Positions 61,726 to 64,000 of a DNA stretch of 64,000 bases are shown one piece after another; the first letter of the stretch is position 1, and each line of letters begins with the position of its first letter. Where the stretch lies: positions 48,796,001 through 48,860,000 of the forward strand of contig CM052817.1 of the NCBI GenBank assembly GCA_028534125.1. Reading direction: 5' to 3'. The translations under genes and the position numbers were made by a program. Under the pieces are notes generated by a model. That model did no database searches, was not told the DNA's origin, and worked only from the letters and a program-made list of their open reading frames with translations. Source of the stretch: Lama glama (lineage: Eukaryota).

Positions 61726-63590
61726 CTATAAAAAATGACAGTTTAGGAATTTAGTTCATTGTGTGTTAGCGGTTCTCATGACATGTAGACTTTTATTTAG
61801 CTTCCATGATTTGTCTCATGTCCATATCCAAGGAGTTTATCAAATTAAATATCTAAATTTAAATATTTAAATTTGACATATAGTGAACTGAAAATAATTG
61901 ACTTCACCTCATATTTCTAGAAAGACACAATTCTTTACAGTCTTTTTATAAGTGATATTATACAGAGGTATGAACTTAGAAATCTGGGTTCATGAGTTTT
62001 GAACAAATGTAACTGTTAAGATAATGATTATTCTATTAAAAATACAATCATGTAATAATGTATTTGGATCAATAGATAGATGTATATTCAATTACTTGTT
62101 TTCATGTTGTCTCCATTAATTTTCTCATTTTGTTTTCAAAATTTTAATAAGTCAGAAATTTATCCAGCTTACTATCATTTTTTTTCTTACCAGATGTCCT
62201 ATTAAATACAAACTCAATGATAAAATGTATACATACGCTGATCTTGGGAAACTAAAGTATGTTTTCTGTTTTTTTTTTTTTTTTTTTTTTTGCAAATTAG
62301 GCCATATGGAAATAGATGTCAAGCCAATTAAGCCTTACTATCTATAATCTACAGGTCTGGCCTATTTTTTTCCATTTGTGAATTCAAAATAGTAATATAA
62401 CCTATTCCATATGGCTGCTATAGGAATAAACTGAGATAGTTATGTAGTTTTGATAATTTAGTAAGGACTTGAGATATTGGTTGAAAGTAAATTTTAGCAT
62501 TTATTAATTTTACTTTATCTTTTCTAGACCATTACATTTCACAGATTGATCAATTTTTACAACTCATTCACAATGTGCTTTCTCACTTGAATCTCATAGC
62601 AACCAAAATTATGAGAAAATGAAAGTTCAAAGACAGTAATGACTTATATAAGGTCACACAAGGGAATAAGCAGCCTTCTCTGATCTAATGCTGTTATTAT
62701 TATATCATAGATCACTGAGTTGTATTTTAGATCATAAAACATGTAGACAATGTGATGCACTGAAAATATTTGTTGTAGAGACTCTCAAAATTTTGTCACT
62801 TTCTCCCCAAATTATTTCACATTCTTTATTTTCTGTTTTATTAATCTTTCTCTTTATTTAACTTCTTCATATAAGTTTTAAATTATTTTAGACTCTGCCA
62901 TTATCCATTGACCAAATAAACAGAAATATTTTACATCACATTTAAAGTTCTGAAAGTATCCTTTGAGTATGTAGGTGTTTTTCAAGTTAAGAATTATAAT
63001 TCTTCCATGGGTTTATCTTCAAATAGGAAATTTGGGGTGCCTAACTCAGACATCATTTCTGAGAGGATCCATGAAGCTACATGGGAGAGGATCCACCATG
63101 TTCTACGTGGGAAATGTATCATTTCCTTTCACTCTATTTGTACCAAAATTAGAGTTCAAGAACACTGTTAAATAATTAAAGTGTATTTAAACTCATATCC
63201 TATATAAATTGTTCTAAGAAATTTTACTTTGGAGATAAGAAAAATCATAAGTTTAACATAGTATTTTACTCTACTGTCTTCGTGTGTGACCAGGAATAAA
63301 ATAAAACTAGTAAGTTCGAGGAGTGTTCCACTTGTCAAAAAAAAAAAAGTTTGGTAATAAAATCCCCAATTTTTCTTCATTTTGTAAAATAATGTTATTT
63401 TTCATTTCCTGTTGGAAAATAATTTAGTGTATAATGCTATGGCCCCACCAAATTAAAATTAAAATTAGCCCATTTTGCCTGTTCCCGTAACAGACTTAAT
63501 TTATCCATCGACACTATTTTAGATTTTATGATTGTGTTGATAAATCCATGAACCTTGTCTAGTGTTTATTTTTGTGTTTTGCTTATTTAC

Positions 63591-63622
63591 CTGTGTTGTC
63601 TTCTTTGATGTTTCCTTAGTTT
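63591..63622 (-). other. CSN3: CSN3 exon 4 3'UTR part up to the splice donor
   Basis: TAA followed by aactaaggaaacatcaaagaagacaacacag|gtaaat. Confidence 0.85.
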
Positions 63623-64000
63623 TTAGATCTCAGTTGAAGTAATTTGGACTGTGGTGGTCTCGGGTGTACTTGTGGTGATGAATTCTGAGGAAGCTTCTGC
63701 AATAACTACAGTGTTCACTACTGGTTCAGCGGTAGGTATGACTGGAGGTTCAGCAGTAGCAACAGTATTGATGGCGGGGATGACTGTTTTATCCTGGGTT
63801 TTCTTTGGGGGAATGGCAATAAATGATGGACGTGGACGTGGCCGACGTTCCACAGTAGGTGGGTCGATATTTGGCAGGGCTTGGCACTGAGGAATTTGAG
63901 CATGTAGTCTAATTGCAACTGGCTTTGCATAATTTGGATAAGGAATAAATTGGTTATTAATTGGTACAGCTAGTCTGTGTTGGTAGTAATTGATTCCATA
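63623..64000 (-). CDS. CSN3: Kappa-casein, C-terminal part of exon 4 (5' part outside the window)
   Basis: Translates [125 protein letters not shown], which is camelid kappa-casein with the Phe-Ile chymosin site at 63823-63818. Confidence 0.98.
   Translation of the reverse strand, partial: YGINYYQHRLAVPINNQFIPYPNYAKPVAIRLHAQIPQCQALPNIDPPTVERRPRPRPSFIAIPPKKTQDKTVIPAINTVATAEPPVIPTAEPVVNTVVIAEASSEFITTSTPETTTVQITSTEI

Overview
Mammalian genomic DNA, a camelid by its kappa-casein sequence and most likely a South American camelid. The window covers the SCPP (secretory calcium-binding phosphoprotein) cluster interval from the 3' half of CSN3 (kappa-casein, right end) to the 5' part of CABS1 (left end), both on the minus strand. 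The interval between them is not gene-empty: it holds decayed remains of minus-strand, SCPP-style secreted-protein genes. (A) A giant exon of about 17 kb (17464 down to the CABS1 start) tiled by frameshifted Ser/Thr/Asp/Glu/Asn-rich ORFs. It has an internal ~2.0-2.05 kb repeat (~680 aa, at least 4 copies) and a candidate signal-peptide exon at ~19.65 kb, and it runs directly into CABS1, suggesting CABS1 is the surviving C-terminal end of a giant secreted protein. (B, C) Two paralogous MUC7-like pseudogenes (~25.3-36.0 kb and ~54.9-58.6 kb). Each has a non-coding exon 1, a 70-nt signal-peptide exon and one large exon encoding a Lys-rich basic domain, a His/Pro/Cys segment and a Thr-rich mucin domain. 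(D) A heavily decayed Thr/Ser-rich fragment at ~49-51 kb. The rest is ordinary L1, L2, MIR, MLT and MER repeats, microsatellites, a 208-bp tandem duplication and a 500-N gap. All family and gene calls are from reading the sequence and from memory of the families; no database searches were run, and some frameshifts could be assembly errors.
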